The position numbers and the translations under genes were made by a program. A DNA stretch of 64,000 bases from positions 7,654 to 71,653 of the forward strand of contig JACPKC010000007.1 in assembly GCA_016187225.1 (NCBI GenBank), given 5' to 3'. Below, piece by piece: positions 56,131-64,000 of this stretch. The notes beneath the pieces were generated by a model. The model was not told the DNA's origin and did no database searches. It saw only the letters and a program-made list of their open reading frames with translations. Source of the stretch: Candidatus Berkelbacteria bacterium (GTDB lineage: Bacteria > Patescibacteriota > UBA1384 > JACPKC01). Numbering within the stretch: position 1 is the stretch's first letter; each line of letters begins with the position of its first letter.

Positions 56131-56164
56131 GAGAGGTCGTCTCACGACGCCTCTCTTTTTCTTT
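56131..56164 (+). terminator. Rho-independent terminator after the GC-rich gene pair
   Basis: GAGAGGTCGTC-TCAC-GACGCCTCTC followed by TTTTTCTTT. An additional CGGCCG palindrome hairpin spans the stop codon (56101-56120). Confidence 0.55.
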
Positions 56165-56171
56165 GCCCCTT

Positions 56172-56180
56172 TGTTATAAT
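56172..56180 (+). promoter_or_regulatory. Extended -10 promoter (TGtTATAAT) for the downstream operon
   Basis: TGTTATAAT at 56172-56180, RBS AAGGAGGG at 56191-56198 and ATG at 56202. Confidence 0.5.
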
Positions 56181-56201
56181 ATGAACAATAAAGGAGGGAA
56201 G

Positions 56202-56567
56202 ATGGCAGATCACTTCACCACAAATCCACTTGATCCGGCGGCGTTATTTGAAGAGAATATTTTTGTTCTGCTTGGCTTAAACGATCTACCTGAAGAAAAA
56301 AAGGCGGCTCTGCGCGAACAGATGTTAAGTTCAGTTCGCGACCGCGCTTTGGTTCGCATCTACGATCTCTTGCCCAAAGAAGAACAACAAAAATTCAATG
56401 AGGCACTTGAAAAAGAAGACCAAGAAACCATTCAACAACTTTTGAGTCGCAATAAACTTGACCTGTCTAAATTAATGGTCGAGGAAGCAATTCTTTATAA
56501 ATTGCGCCTAACGCAAGCAAGCGAACAACTTGAGGATGCCGCCCATGCTGAAAAATCAGCCACCTAA
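56202..56567 (+). CDS. Small acidic hypothetical protein (first gene of the operon)
   Basis: ATG with a strong SD. 121 aa, helical and acidic. Confidence 0.55.
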   Translation: MADHFTTNPLDPAALFEENIFVLLGLNDLPEEKKAALREQMLSSVRDRALVRIYDLLPKEEQQKFNEALEKEDQETIQQLLSRNKLDLSKLMVEEAILYKLRLTQASEQLEDAAHAEKSAT

Positions 56568-59500
56568 TAGCGTCAACTCACCGGATTCAGACGAAGAAGG
56601 TTCAAACGAATCTCCTGAAAATGATTCGCGCGACTCGGCTGATGAAGTTATCGAAGAAATCTCGCAAGAGCTTAATAAACGTGAAAAGGAAATTAGTGAT
56701 CTTGTCAAAGAATTTTGTCGATTAGATCGCGAACGCCGGCAAGCGCGTTTTGGCGGCGGCGACCAAGCGGTCGGCAAGTTGTGGAATCCAAAAGAAATCG
56801 CTCGCCGCTGGGGCAACCTGCGCGATTCACTCCACCGCGTGGGCGCGCGCGTTTTTAATGAGAAATCAGGCACATTCGCTTTTGACAAAAACAAGTATGA
56901 GAAACGAGTTTTAGCCGCCCTTGGAGAATCAGCGGCTGGCTTTATAGGCGCTGGCGCAATTTTATTCTCCGGTTTTGGAAGTTATGTGGCGCCCACTCTG
57001 TTTGGGCACTTCTTAAAAGAGGGCATCGACGGCCTGGCAAAAAGCACTCAATTTATACTGGGCAAAAAACAGTGGAACGCCGAGATGGTGACTCAAGTTG
57101 CGTTCGACCTAAAAATCAAAAAATTTCTTGAAAGTGGCAAGGAATATGATGAGGGGCAATTTACTCAAGCCAAAGTCGAACTTATCGATATGGATGCCGA
57201 AATTGCCAGCCTTCAAGCCAAACACCATGCCTCGGATAAAAAATGGACCTTTTGGCGCAAGCTGACTTCAGGCTTTGCAACTGGCGGGGTCGCGTATGGC
57301 GTCACGGGTGTTCCGCTTGGCGTCCACAATTTCGATCCAGGCATTGGTGATGGTTTTACCAATGTAGTCGACAATACGTCGCAACATGGAATAATTGGAT
57401 CCTTGCGCAAATTCCATCGCGTCCTCTGGGGAGCGCAAGGTGGAGAATTTGCGTATGGGCCTGGAGAGTACGAAAGTATAAAAAAAATCGTTGACGATCA
57501 TGGCGGAGTACTCGAAAAAGTAACACACTTTCTAGGAGAGACCCGCCATACACTTGGCCACGGCTTGCCGTCGGGCCTGAAAAACTCGCTTTGGATCGCC
57601 GCTGGATATTTGGGGATTCAAAGTATCTGGGATGGCGCGCAAGGCAGAAATGCGGGCACGCAAACTCGCAAAAGGATTGAAAAAATGATCCACGATGATT
57701 ACGTGTCGTCGGCGCCACCAACTGAAGCGGGGCAAGCGCCAACGCCCGAGCCTCCATTGTCTCTAGGAACGCCAGGCGACGAATCACCGCCTTCGCCTGA
57801 ACCCAAACTACCCTCTGTTCCATCTCCTCAACCACCCGAGGACGCGGTGCAACGAACAAGTAAAGAGGAGAAAAAGATTAAAGACTTTCAATTGGCTTTT
57901 AGTCAACCGTGGATTCTGCGAAAAGATGGTCTACCTCTGGATATTGTAGGCAAAAAAATTAAGGTGATTTTCGGGCGAGGAAATGTCAAGAATGTCAAGA
58001 GTGATATTTCAGCCTTCACGACAGTCCACGACCAAGACACTCGTCGCGGCCGCGTAGTAGTCTATTTGTCTAACGAGATAAAAGAGAAGCTAACAGTCCA
58101 TCTGGATAAACGCGGTGTTAGTGGAGTATTCAATGATGAAACTCGAGTTGCAGACATAGAGCTTTTCGTCGCTGGCATTCGCGAGGATCAAGGGCAGGCG
58201 CAGTTGGAAGTTAGCTTTCAACGTCCCTCAACACCATCAACCCCAACCCAATCGGAACCTCAAGTTTCTATGCCAGCGCCAATCCAGGAACAGGAAACGG
58301 AGATAAGGGAAGGGATTGAGGGGTTGGAGTGGCGAGAGAGGCTGACTTTTGAACAATTTAAGCAAATTCTTGACAACGCGACGGCGCTTTATCGGCACGA
58401 AATTGAAAACGGAAAACCGATTTTTGAGGGCGTAGAAAAGATTGACCAATTGCAACCGGTTGCAGAAATTACCCGCGACGACGCGTTGATTGTTTTCCCT
58501 AAAGATGTGCAAGTCTTCACTCTTGGCGACCTGCACGGCGATACACGCGTCCTGCATTCTTTTCTGAAAAAAACAGACCTTGTCGCAAAAATGCAACGCG
58601 GGGAAAAGGTGGCGCTTCTCGTTCTCGGCGACATGCTGGATCGCGGCGCTCAAAGTTCAGAACTCTTGGCGACCTTGCTCTCGCTCAAGCTTGCATTCCC
58701 AAAACAAGTAGTTCTCCTGCGCGGCGATCACGAGGATGTTGCAATAAATTGTGATTTTGTACAAAATGCTCGGAATTCCTACCACACAAAGACATTTGGT
58801 GCGCATGAGATACTAGGTAACACCGAGACTGAGTGGGAAAAAAAGTTTGGTGCAAAGAATACAGAGATAATTAAAAACACTCACACGCTTCTCTACGGAG
58901 GCCTCCCCTATGCCGCGGTGCTACCAAACGGATTTGTGGCAACCCATGCCGGTGTGCCTTATGAACTGAATAGATTAGAGGCATGGACGACACCCAACGA
59001 AAAACGGCAGACACAATTCATGTGGGGCGATTATACTGATAGAGAATTACTATCGGGTCTTGGTGATGCTGATAACGCTTCAGTATTGACCCGAGAAAAT
59101 CCCGGCCGCGTCTACATGTTTGGCAATCAATTAATCCGGCATTTGAAAGAAAAATTCGGCATTCAGGGTCTGGTCCGCGGCCACGAGCATGACCGACAAC
59201 CATTTCGGAATCAAGATAGCACTGTCTTTACCCTCGTCTCTTCAGGAGAGGTGGTGAGCGACACTAATAGACTCCGCTATGGCTTATTGCAAAGCGATGG
59301 TACGTTCTCCGCATACCCCTTGGAGTTTAAGCCCGAATACCCCAAGGGCGTGTTCCTTGCCGCGACTCAATCTCGGGAGCAAGGTCAGTCAAAACTTATT
59401 GATCGCTACTACGAGCTTGTCAGCACTTTGAAGAATGACTATCTCAATAAAATTGTAACGGTTGAGGTGCGCCGATCAAGGCTTGACGGGTATCTTAATT

Positions 59501-60027
59501 ACCGAATTCCTCAAATTCAAGACTCGCTAAACGATGAAAATATTGTTCTCGAGATGCCTCAAAAAGAACGCAATCGAATGCGCGCGGAGCTTGACCAGAA
59601 AAACAAAAGCGAAGCCCAACTTAAAATTTCTGAAATAAAATTTGTTCTCGGTAAAGATTCCAAGCCAAAGATTAAGATTGAACTCCAAATCCCCGAACAT
59701 GAGCCCGAACCAAGTCCTGAACAACAAAAACCTTTGCTTTCAAATTTCTCTGCTCAAGAGAATGAGATTCTCGATCAGTTGGTCGACCGAGCCAGCGATC
59801 CAGACTCGTACATATTAGTTTTAAGCGAGGCAGAGCTTGAACTTTGCAGAAAACTCGTTCTTCAAATCCCTTGGCAAGTAATCCGCAAGGGCAAGCGAAG
59901 AACTTCCAAAGAGAATGAGGCTTGCGACAAGCTTCAGGTAGCTCTTGAGTCGCCGGAGGGATGTATCCAAAACTCTCAAGAATTTGCCGAGAATATTACT
60001 TGTATGAGGTTGTTCATTGAGGATTAG
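56530..60027 (+). CDS. Giant membrane-associated protein with a C-terminal PPP-family (calcineurin-like) Ser/Thr phosphatase / metallophosphoesterase domain
   Basis: Motifs in order: GDLHGD (GDxHG), GDMLDRG (GDxxDRG), RGDHE (a GNHE variant with N to D), HAG, and RGHEH. Two hydrophobic helices lie in the N-terminal third, with acidic low-complexity regions. 1165 aa. Confidence 0.7.
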   Translation: MRMPPMLKNQPPNSVNSPDSDEEGSNESPENDSRDSADEVIEEISQELNKREKEISDLVKEFCRLDRERRQARFGGGDQAVGKLWNPKEIARRWGNLRDSLHRVGARVFNEKSGTFAFDKNKYEKRVLAALGESAAGFIGAGAILFSGFGSYVAPTLFGHFLKEGIDGLAKSTQFILGKKQWNAEMVTQVAFDLKIKKFLESGKEYDEGQFTQAKVELIDMDAEIASLQAKHHASDKKWTFWRKLTSGFATGGVAYGVTGVPLGVHNFDPGIGDGFTNVVDNTSQHGIIGSLRKFHRVLWGAQGGEFAYGPGEYESIKKIVDDHGGVLEKVTHFLGETRHTLGHGLPSGLKNSLWIAAGYLGIQSIWDGAQGRNAGTQTRKRIEKMIHDDYVSSAPPTEAGQAPTPEPPLSLGTPGDESPPSPEPKLPSVPSPQPPEDAVQRTSKEEKKIKDFQLAFSQPWILRKDGLPLDIVGKKIKVIFGRGNVKNVKSDISAFTTVHDQDTRRGRVVVYLSNEIKEKLTVHLDKRGVSGVFNDETRVADIELFVAGIREDQGQAQLEVSFQRPSTPSTPTQSEPQVSMPAPIQEQETEIREGIEGLEWRERLTFEQFKQILDNATALYRHEIENGKPIFEGVEKIDQLQPVAEITRDDALIVFPKDVQVFTLGDLHGDTRVLHSFLKKTDLVAKMQRGEKVALLVLGDMLDRGAQSSELLATLLSLKLAFPKQVVLLRGDHEDVAINCDFVQNARNSYHTKTFGAHEILGNTETEWEKKFGAKNTEIIKNTHTLLYGGLPYAAVLPNGFVATHAGVPYELNRLEAWTTPNEKRQTQFMWGDYTDRELLSGLGDADNASVLTRENPGRVYMFGNQLIRHLKEKFGIQGLVRGHEHDRQPFRNQDSTVFTLVSSGEVVSDTNRLRYGLLQSDGTFSAYPLEFKPEYPKGVFLAATQSREQGQSKLIDRYYELVSTLKNDYLNKIVTVEVRRSRLDGYLNYRIPQIQDSLNDENIVLEMPQKERNRMRAELDQKNKSEAQLKISEIKFVLGKDSKPKIKIELQIPEHEPEPSPEQQKPLLSNFSAQENEILDQLVDRASDPDSYILVLSEAELELCRKLVLQIPWQVIRKGKRRTSKENEACDKLQVALESPEGCIQNSQEFAENITCMRLFIED

Positions 60028-60085
60028 TCATTGACCCTAGAACCAGTTCCGTAAATCCTGCGTAATCTTTTGCCATTGCGAGGTG

Positions 60086-60142
60086 CCAAGGGTGATGAAG
60101 CAATCTAATAGGATAGGGTCGCCACGCTTCGCTCGCATGACA
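60086..60142. repeat. P2 intergenic repeat, second copy (with a degenerate P1 at 60068-60083)
   Basis: See 33135-33192. Confidence 0.65.
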
Positions 60143-60225
60143 AAGTCTGTTTGCGATGACGTCTAAAGAGAAAGGTGAGAAAGTCATAAACATTTTTGTT
60201 ATAGTAAAAATATCTAGGAGGGAGA

Positions 60226-62844
60226 GTGGAACAGCAGGGGTCGCGCAAAGAGACGCTGGCTGAATTGGTTGGTCTGGAAATCCAGTCGCTCAATCAAGCA
60301 CCAACCAAGCCATCCGCCGTAAAGCGGGTTGGGTTAGAGCAGGGTGAGATTGTTTCGCCTCGCTTGAGCGAGACTCGCAATGACAAGAGCGACAAAATTT
60401 TTCGCAATAATAGAGAAAGCGGTGTGCCTCTTTCCGTTGAACACGCCGAGCGATTGGAGCAGGTTCGAGAACAAATTCAAGACCTGAAAACGATCGCCGA
60501 ATGCGCGCGCCAACTGACCGTCCGCTTAAGCGAACTCGCGGCTCAACAAAAGCCCGACTTGCCAGCCGAGGTCGCAAAAATATGGGCAAATGCCAGCAGT
60601 CAAATCGCCAGGTATTTGAATCAGCCGGTCCAGATCGGCGCTGGCGCAACGCCGCACTCGCTCGAGGAAGCGCAAGAACAGTTTGAACACTGGATCAGCT
60701 TGTTTTGCGAAAATGCCGCTGGTCCCGACGGAACTGGCCTTCAAGATGATCCCGACCGTCTCCGAAGCTTCCAGGGAAAACTCGAAAATATCGAACCGCT
60801 TGCAAGCACACTCGCCAAAAACGGGCGCGCGCTCGTGGCGCAGAAAGAACTTACTTTAGAGTATCTCCAAGCAAGCGCCCAGGAAACTTATGCCAAGGCG
60901 CATAAAAATACCGAGCGACTCAAGGCGATCGATCAAGCGGCGCGGCCTCTTCAGGCGCATTGGCTTGAGGCTCTTCAGCAGGAAAAACGCGAACTCGAAC
61001 AGTTGAAGGCTGATCTCAAAAAAATCAGCGGGGAACACCAGCTTTCAGCAACGCTCTTGGCAAAGACAGATGAAGGCATTCAAATTCTCAACCATCTTTC
61101 CACCGAACCGCTCGAACAAGCGCAGATTTCAATTGCCGAATGGGTGGGCAAATTTCGCGAGGCTGAAGATTTTACCGCTGAAAAAGTCCGCGAGCGGATT
61201 CAAACCGACCTCAAAACTCCATTTCAAAAACTTGCCGGACGCATTGAGGAATTGAGGCGCGCGTATGATCCCGACCGCTTAAAAAAAATTTATGAGGCCG
61301 AGCTAAAAAAAGAGCGCGGGGTAGTGATTGAGGAGGCGCAGAATCTTTTAGGCGCGCTTAAAGCCCGAACGAGCGTGCTCACCAACTTGCGGCGCGAAAA
61401 ACTCGGCTCAAAGCCAGACGTGCGGTTCTTTGGCGAAATTGCCAAACAAGTCAACACCGCGATTACCGCTTTGAGCGAGGCCGAGATGAGCTTGCTCGAA
61501 GCGATCAGCGCGCTCAAAGATGCTCCGCTCGTCTCCAAAAACGCCGCGAGTTTTACCGAAAGCCAGGCGAAGGCTAAAAAATTACTCATCCAAACTCAAA
61601 ATTTTGCCGCTCGCAACAAAATTGAGGAACTTTTGGCCACGAGCTGGAAAACCAGCCTGACGCCGCTCAAGGAAGTTCTTGAAACCGCCCGCAAGCGGGA
61701 GATAAGCGCCAAAGCGCTGGCGGATAAGTACAGCCGACATCCTGGCTTCGATACCGCGCTTGCCGCTGACCTGAAAATTAAAACTCAAGCGTTAACCACT
61801 GCTTGCGCCCGAGCAACGGAATTTATCACCGATCACGAAAAGCAGTCAGGCGGGGCCAAGGAGCTGACTGCCCAGCGCGAGCGGCTTATGCAAACAATTC
61901 AAGCGGCGGCGCAAGCGCTTGAACCCTACACCGATGAGACGCGCCTGATGGCCAAGCTTGAAGCCAACAAAGAGCGAACTGAAGAACGACGAGTTGAAGA
62001 GGAACGGCAGGCGCGCGAAGAAGAGGCAAGGCGACGCTCAACACTCTTGCCGCGTCTCGTTACTCTCACGCATGAGGCAAGCCATCTAGCGAGTCAATTT
62101 CGCCGGGCGCTCGGTTATGCCACCCAACTCGAGCAGTACGACAGCTCGCGCGCGCTTGAGTTATACCAAAAGCTCACTGCGCTCGCTGAAACGAATTTCA
62201 ACTCTCAAGTCAGCGCCCTTCCACCGCTTGGCGAGATCATCTCGCAAGGCAAATTTCTCACGGAGCTAAAAACGCGTTTTGAATCTGCTGAACATTCAAC
62301 GAATGAAATTGAAATCGAGATTAGCCAGATCGAAGTCGCCTTGGGTGAAAACGGCCGCGCGAGCGAGCTTTTCCGCGAATTTAATGATTTGGAAAATAGA
62401 TATCCACTGACCGCCTATCGAACGCGCGGTCAATTAAGTCATCTGCTAACCGTCCGAGTTGATCAGTTTGAGCAAAAACTTTTTCGTAGGCGGACGCCAG
62501 AACTCGACATCTTTCGCGAAGAGGTTGTGTGGTTGCGTGAAGAGATAGAGCGTTTTCAAAACGAACCACCGCAAAAAGCGACAGAGCGAGGCGCCAAATT
62601 AGAGGCGCGCCTGAAAGCGCTTGGCGAACGCTTGGCGTCACTCGAAGAACGAACTGAAAATGAGTTTGTTGAGCGCGAGGCTGTCTCAACTCAAGAAAAC
62701 CGCGCTTTGCGGATGAAGCTTCAGGCGCTTTTGCGCGATCAATCGGACTATCAAAGTTATCCAATCAAAATCGACCAGGAAGCGAATCATCCTCAACCCC
62801 AAGTATCTCAAGACGCGAGTGAGACAATTCGGATTCATCGCTAA
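60226..62844 (+). CDS. Giant coiled-coil hypothetical protein (872 aa), GTG start
   Basis: GTG at 60226 preceded by TAGGAGGGAGA. The sequence is almost entirely heptad-like, with E/K/R/Q/L-rich helices and no TM segment. Confidence 0.6.
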   Translation: MEQQGSRKETLAELVGLEIQSLNQAPTKPSAVKRVGLEQGEIVSPRLSETRNDKSDKIFRNNRESGVPLSVEHAERLEQVREQIQDLKTIAECARQLTVRLSELAAQQKPDLPAEVAKIWANASSQIARYLNQPVQIGAGATPHSLEEAQEQFEHWISLFCENAAGPDGTGLQDDPDRLRSFQGKLENIEPLASTLAKNGRALVAQKELTLEYLQASAQETYAKAHKNTERLKAIDQAARPLQAHWLEALQQEKRELEQLKADLKKISGEHQLSATLLAKTDEGIQILNHLSTEPLEQAQISIAEWVGKFREAEDFTAEKVRERIQTDLKTPFQKLAGRIEELRRAYDPDRLKKIYEAELKKERGVVIEEAQNLLGALKARTSVLTNLRREKLGSKPDVRFFGEIAKQVNTAITALSEAEMSLLEAISALKDAPLVSKNAASFTESQAKAKKLLIQTQNFAARNKIEELLATSWKTSLTPLKEVLETARKREISAKALADKYSRHPGFDTALAADLKIKTQALTTACARATEFITDHEKQSGGAKELTAQRERLMQTIQAAAQALEPYTDETRLMAKLEANKERTEERRVEEERQAREEEARRRSTLLPRLVTLTHEASHLASQFRRALGYATQLEQYDSSRALELYQKLTALAETNFNSQVSALPPLGEIISQGKFLTELKTRFESAEHSTNEIEIEISQIEVALGENGRASELFREFNDLENRYPLTAYRTRGQLSHLLTVRVDQFEQKLFRRRTPELDIFREEVVWLREEIERFQNEPPQKATERGAKLEARLKALGERLASLEERTENEFVEREAVSTQENRALRMKLQALLRDQSDYQSYPIKIDQEANHPQPQVSQDASETIRIHR

Positions 62845-62884
62845 CTGCTCATGTTATACTAGGTAGGAATACCCAGGAGGGCTG

Positions 62885-63364
62885 ATGCGGTATCGCGTTC
62901 CGCAGAATATTGATATGGAGGATCGGATTATTGGGCCGCTGACAATGGCTCAATTTGTCTATCTCATGCTCGGCGGCATGATTATTTATGTTTCCTATCT
63001 GCTTTTCATCCCACCGGTCTTTTTCGCAATCGCTTTTGGAGTCGGCATCTTAACCCTCTCAATGACTTTTCTTAAAATCCAGGACCAGCCTTTCCCAAAA
63101 TTCATCGCGGCGACCCTTTTGTATTTGGTCAAACCCAAACAACGGACTTGGCAAAAAGACCCAACGCTCCAGCACATGAAGGTGATTGAAAAAACCGCAA
63201 CCACGCCTGAACAAAAATCTGTCCCGGGGCAAACCGTGACTAAAATCGAGCTCAATGATCTATCGCAACTTTTAGATACCGGAGGCAGAATAGAGCCGCA
63301 AAAACTTCAAACCCAGCCTGCTCTGGAGGAAAAATCCAAAAAAATCGACACGAGTTGGAAATAA
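62885..63364 (+). CDS. PrgI/VirB3-like small membrane protein of Gram-positive-type type IV secretion systems
   Basis: MRYRVPQNIDMEDRIIGPLTMAQFVYLMLGG followed by two TM helices matches the PrgI-family N-terminal signature. It sits immediately upstream of a VirB4-like ORF, as in prgI-prgJ. Confidence 0.5.
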   Translation: MRYRVPQNIDMEDRIIGPLTMAQFVYLMLGGMIIYVSYLLFIPPVFFAIAFGVGILTLSMTFLKIQDQPFPKFIAATLLYLVKPKQRTWQKDPTLQHMKVIEKTATTPEQKSVPGQTVTKIELNDLSQLLDTGGRIEPQKLQTQPALEEKSKKIDTSWK

Positions 63365-63369
63365 TCATT

Positions 63370-64000
63370 ATGTTCCGCACTCGCGCCAAACGCACCCAAA
63401 AAAGCACCCAAGCCTATTTAGATATCGCCGCGATTAAAGATGGGGTTGTGGTTTTGCAAAATGGCGGCTTGCGCGCCGTGTTGGCGGTGACGTCAGTTAA
63501 CTTCGCCTTAAAATCGCCCGAGGAGCAAGAGGATATCGTCTTGCGCTATCAAGGTTTTTTGAACTCTCTCCACTATCCTTTGCAAATTATGATGCAATCG
63601 CGCAAGTTAGATCTGGCCGACTACCTAACGCGCCTGCGCCAGCGAGGCGAAACAGAAGGCAACGAACAGATCAAAAATCAGATCGCGGCCTACACTGATT
63701 TTATGGAAAAACTTCTCGCGGTCGCCAACATTATGGATAAACGCTTTTATGTGGTGGTCAGTTACGATCCGGAGTCGCTCAAATCCAAGAGCTTTCTCGA
63801 CAAACTTCTCCATCCGTCCAAGCAAATTACAATTAGCATGACGGAGCAGGAATTTCAGCGTTACACAACTCAACTCAATGAACGAGTCAACTTGATTGGT
63901 TCAGGACTCGCTTCAATCGGACTCAAGGCCGCAATGCTCACCACTAAACAACTGATCGAGCTTTACTACTCAACATATAATCCCGAAGAAGCGGTTAAAG
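63370..64000 (+). CDS. VirB4/PrgJ/TraE-like type IV secretion ATPase, N-terminal 210 aa (partial; continues beyond the window end)
   Basis: My own translation from ATG 63370 gives MFRTRAKRTQKSTQAYLDIAAIKDGVVVLQNGGLRAVLAVTSVNFALKSPEEQEDIVLRYQGFLNSLHYPLQIMMQSRKLDLADYL... This is the characteristic N-domain pattern of Gram-positive VirB4 homologues. The frame is open to the last base of the window. Confidence 0.55.
   Translation, partial: MFRTRAKRTQKSTQAYLDIAAIKDGVVVLQNGGLRAVLAVTSVNFALKSPEEQEDIVLRYQGFLNSLHYPLQIMMQSRKLDLADYLTRLRQRGETEGNEQIKNQIAAYTDFMEKLLAVANIMDKRFYVVVSYDPESLKSKSFLDKLLHPSKQITISMTEQEFQRYTTQLNERVNLIGSGLASIGLKAAMLTTKQLIELYYSTYNPEEAVK

Noticed and set aside
1-64000. CRISPR arrays, rRNA genes, tmRNA, RNase P RNA and SRP RNA
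   Set aside because: No regularly spaced short direct repeats and no recognisable conserved cores of these RNAs (for example the SRP GGAA tetraloop helix) were seen. A covariance-model scan would be needed to exclude them formally.

Overview
This 64-kb window is a chromosomal segment with about 50% GC and a compact, mostly minus-strand gene layout. Much of it is recognisable housekeeping: ppsA, recA, ftsK, RNase J, family-4 UDG, pnp-rpsO, rpsT, lepB, holA, a split polA, valS, tsaD and a FemX-like gene. The small split proteins and N-terminally extended ribosomal/RNase proteins are compatible with a reduced-genome (CPR/Patescibacteria-like) bacterium, but that is inference only.

Three regions stand out.

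(1) 1-12.2 kb is a cell-surface glycan assembly cluster. It holds a GT2-GtrA fusion, a GT2, a GT39/ArnT-like protein, a secreted hydrolase-like protein, two O-antigen-ligase-like proteins, two GT4 enzymes, a Wzx-like flippase and a MurE-like Mur ligase.

(2) 13.1-17.9 kb holds two tRNA-Arg genes and a tRNA-Ser(GCT). Abutting the 3' end of tRNA-Ser is a large serine recombinase gene bracketed by perfect ~120-bp inverted repeats. Next to it is an AT-rich 3-gene cassette (XRE regulator plus two membrane proteins) bracketed by a second set of perfect inverted repeats (55 bp + 104 bp blocks). The three repeat ends share the core TTGGCGG, which overlaps the encoded CCA end of tRNA-Ser. The middle site is a chimera of the two outer sites. 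This looks like a tRNA-integrated recombinase module with two adjacent, potentially invertible segments.

(3) 48.6-64 kb is a plus-strand operon block of giant, mostly uncharacterised secreted or membrane proteins: a VirB6/TrbL-like polytopic protein, an Ig-like (He_PIG) repeat protein on a GC-rich island, a 1165-aa membrane protein with a PPP-family phosphatase domain, and an 872-aa coiled-coil protein. The block ends in a PrgI/VirB3-like small membrane protein and the N-terminus of a VirB4-like ATPase, i.e. a Gram-positive-type type IV secretion-like locus with unusual cargo.

Other features include an RHH/RelE toxin-antitoxin pair, a 49-bp perfect tandem duplication in the rpsO-pnp leader, a 26-bp duplication inside the FemX-like gene, an interspersed intergenic repeat family, a NUDIX gene remnant, and two compositional islands (one AT-rich, two GC-rich).
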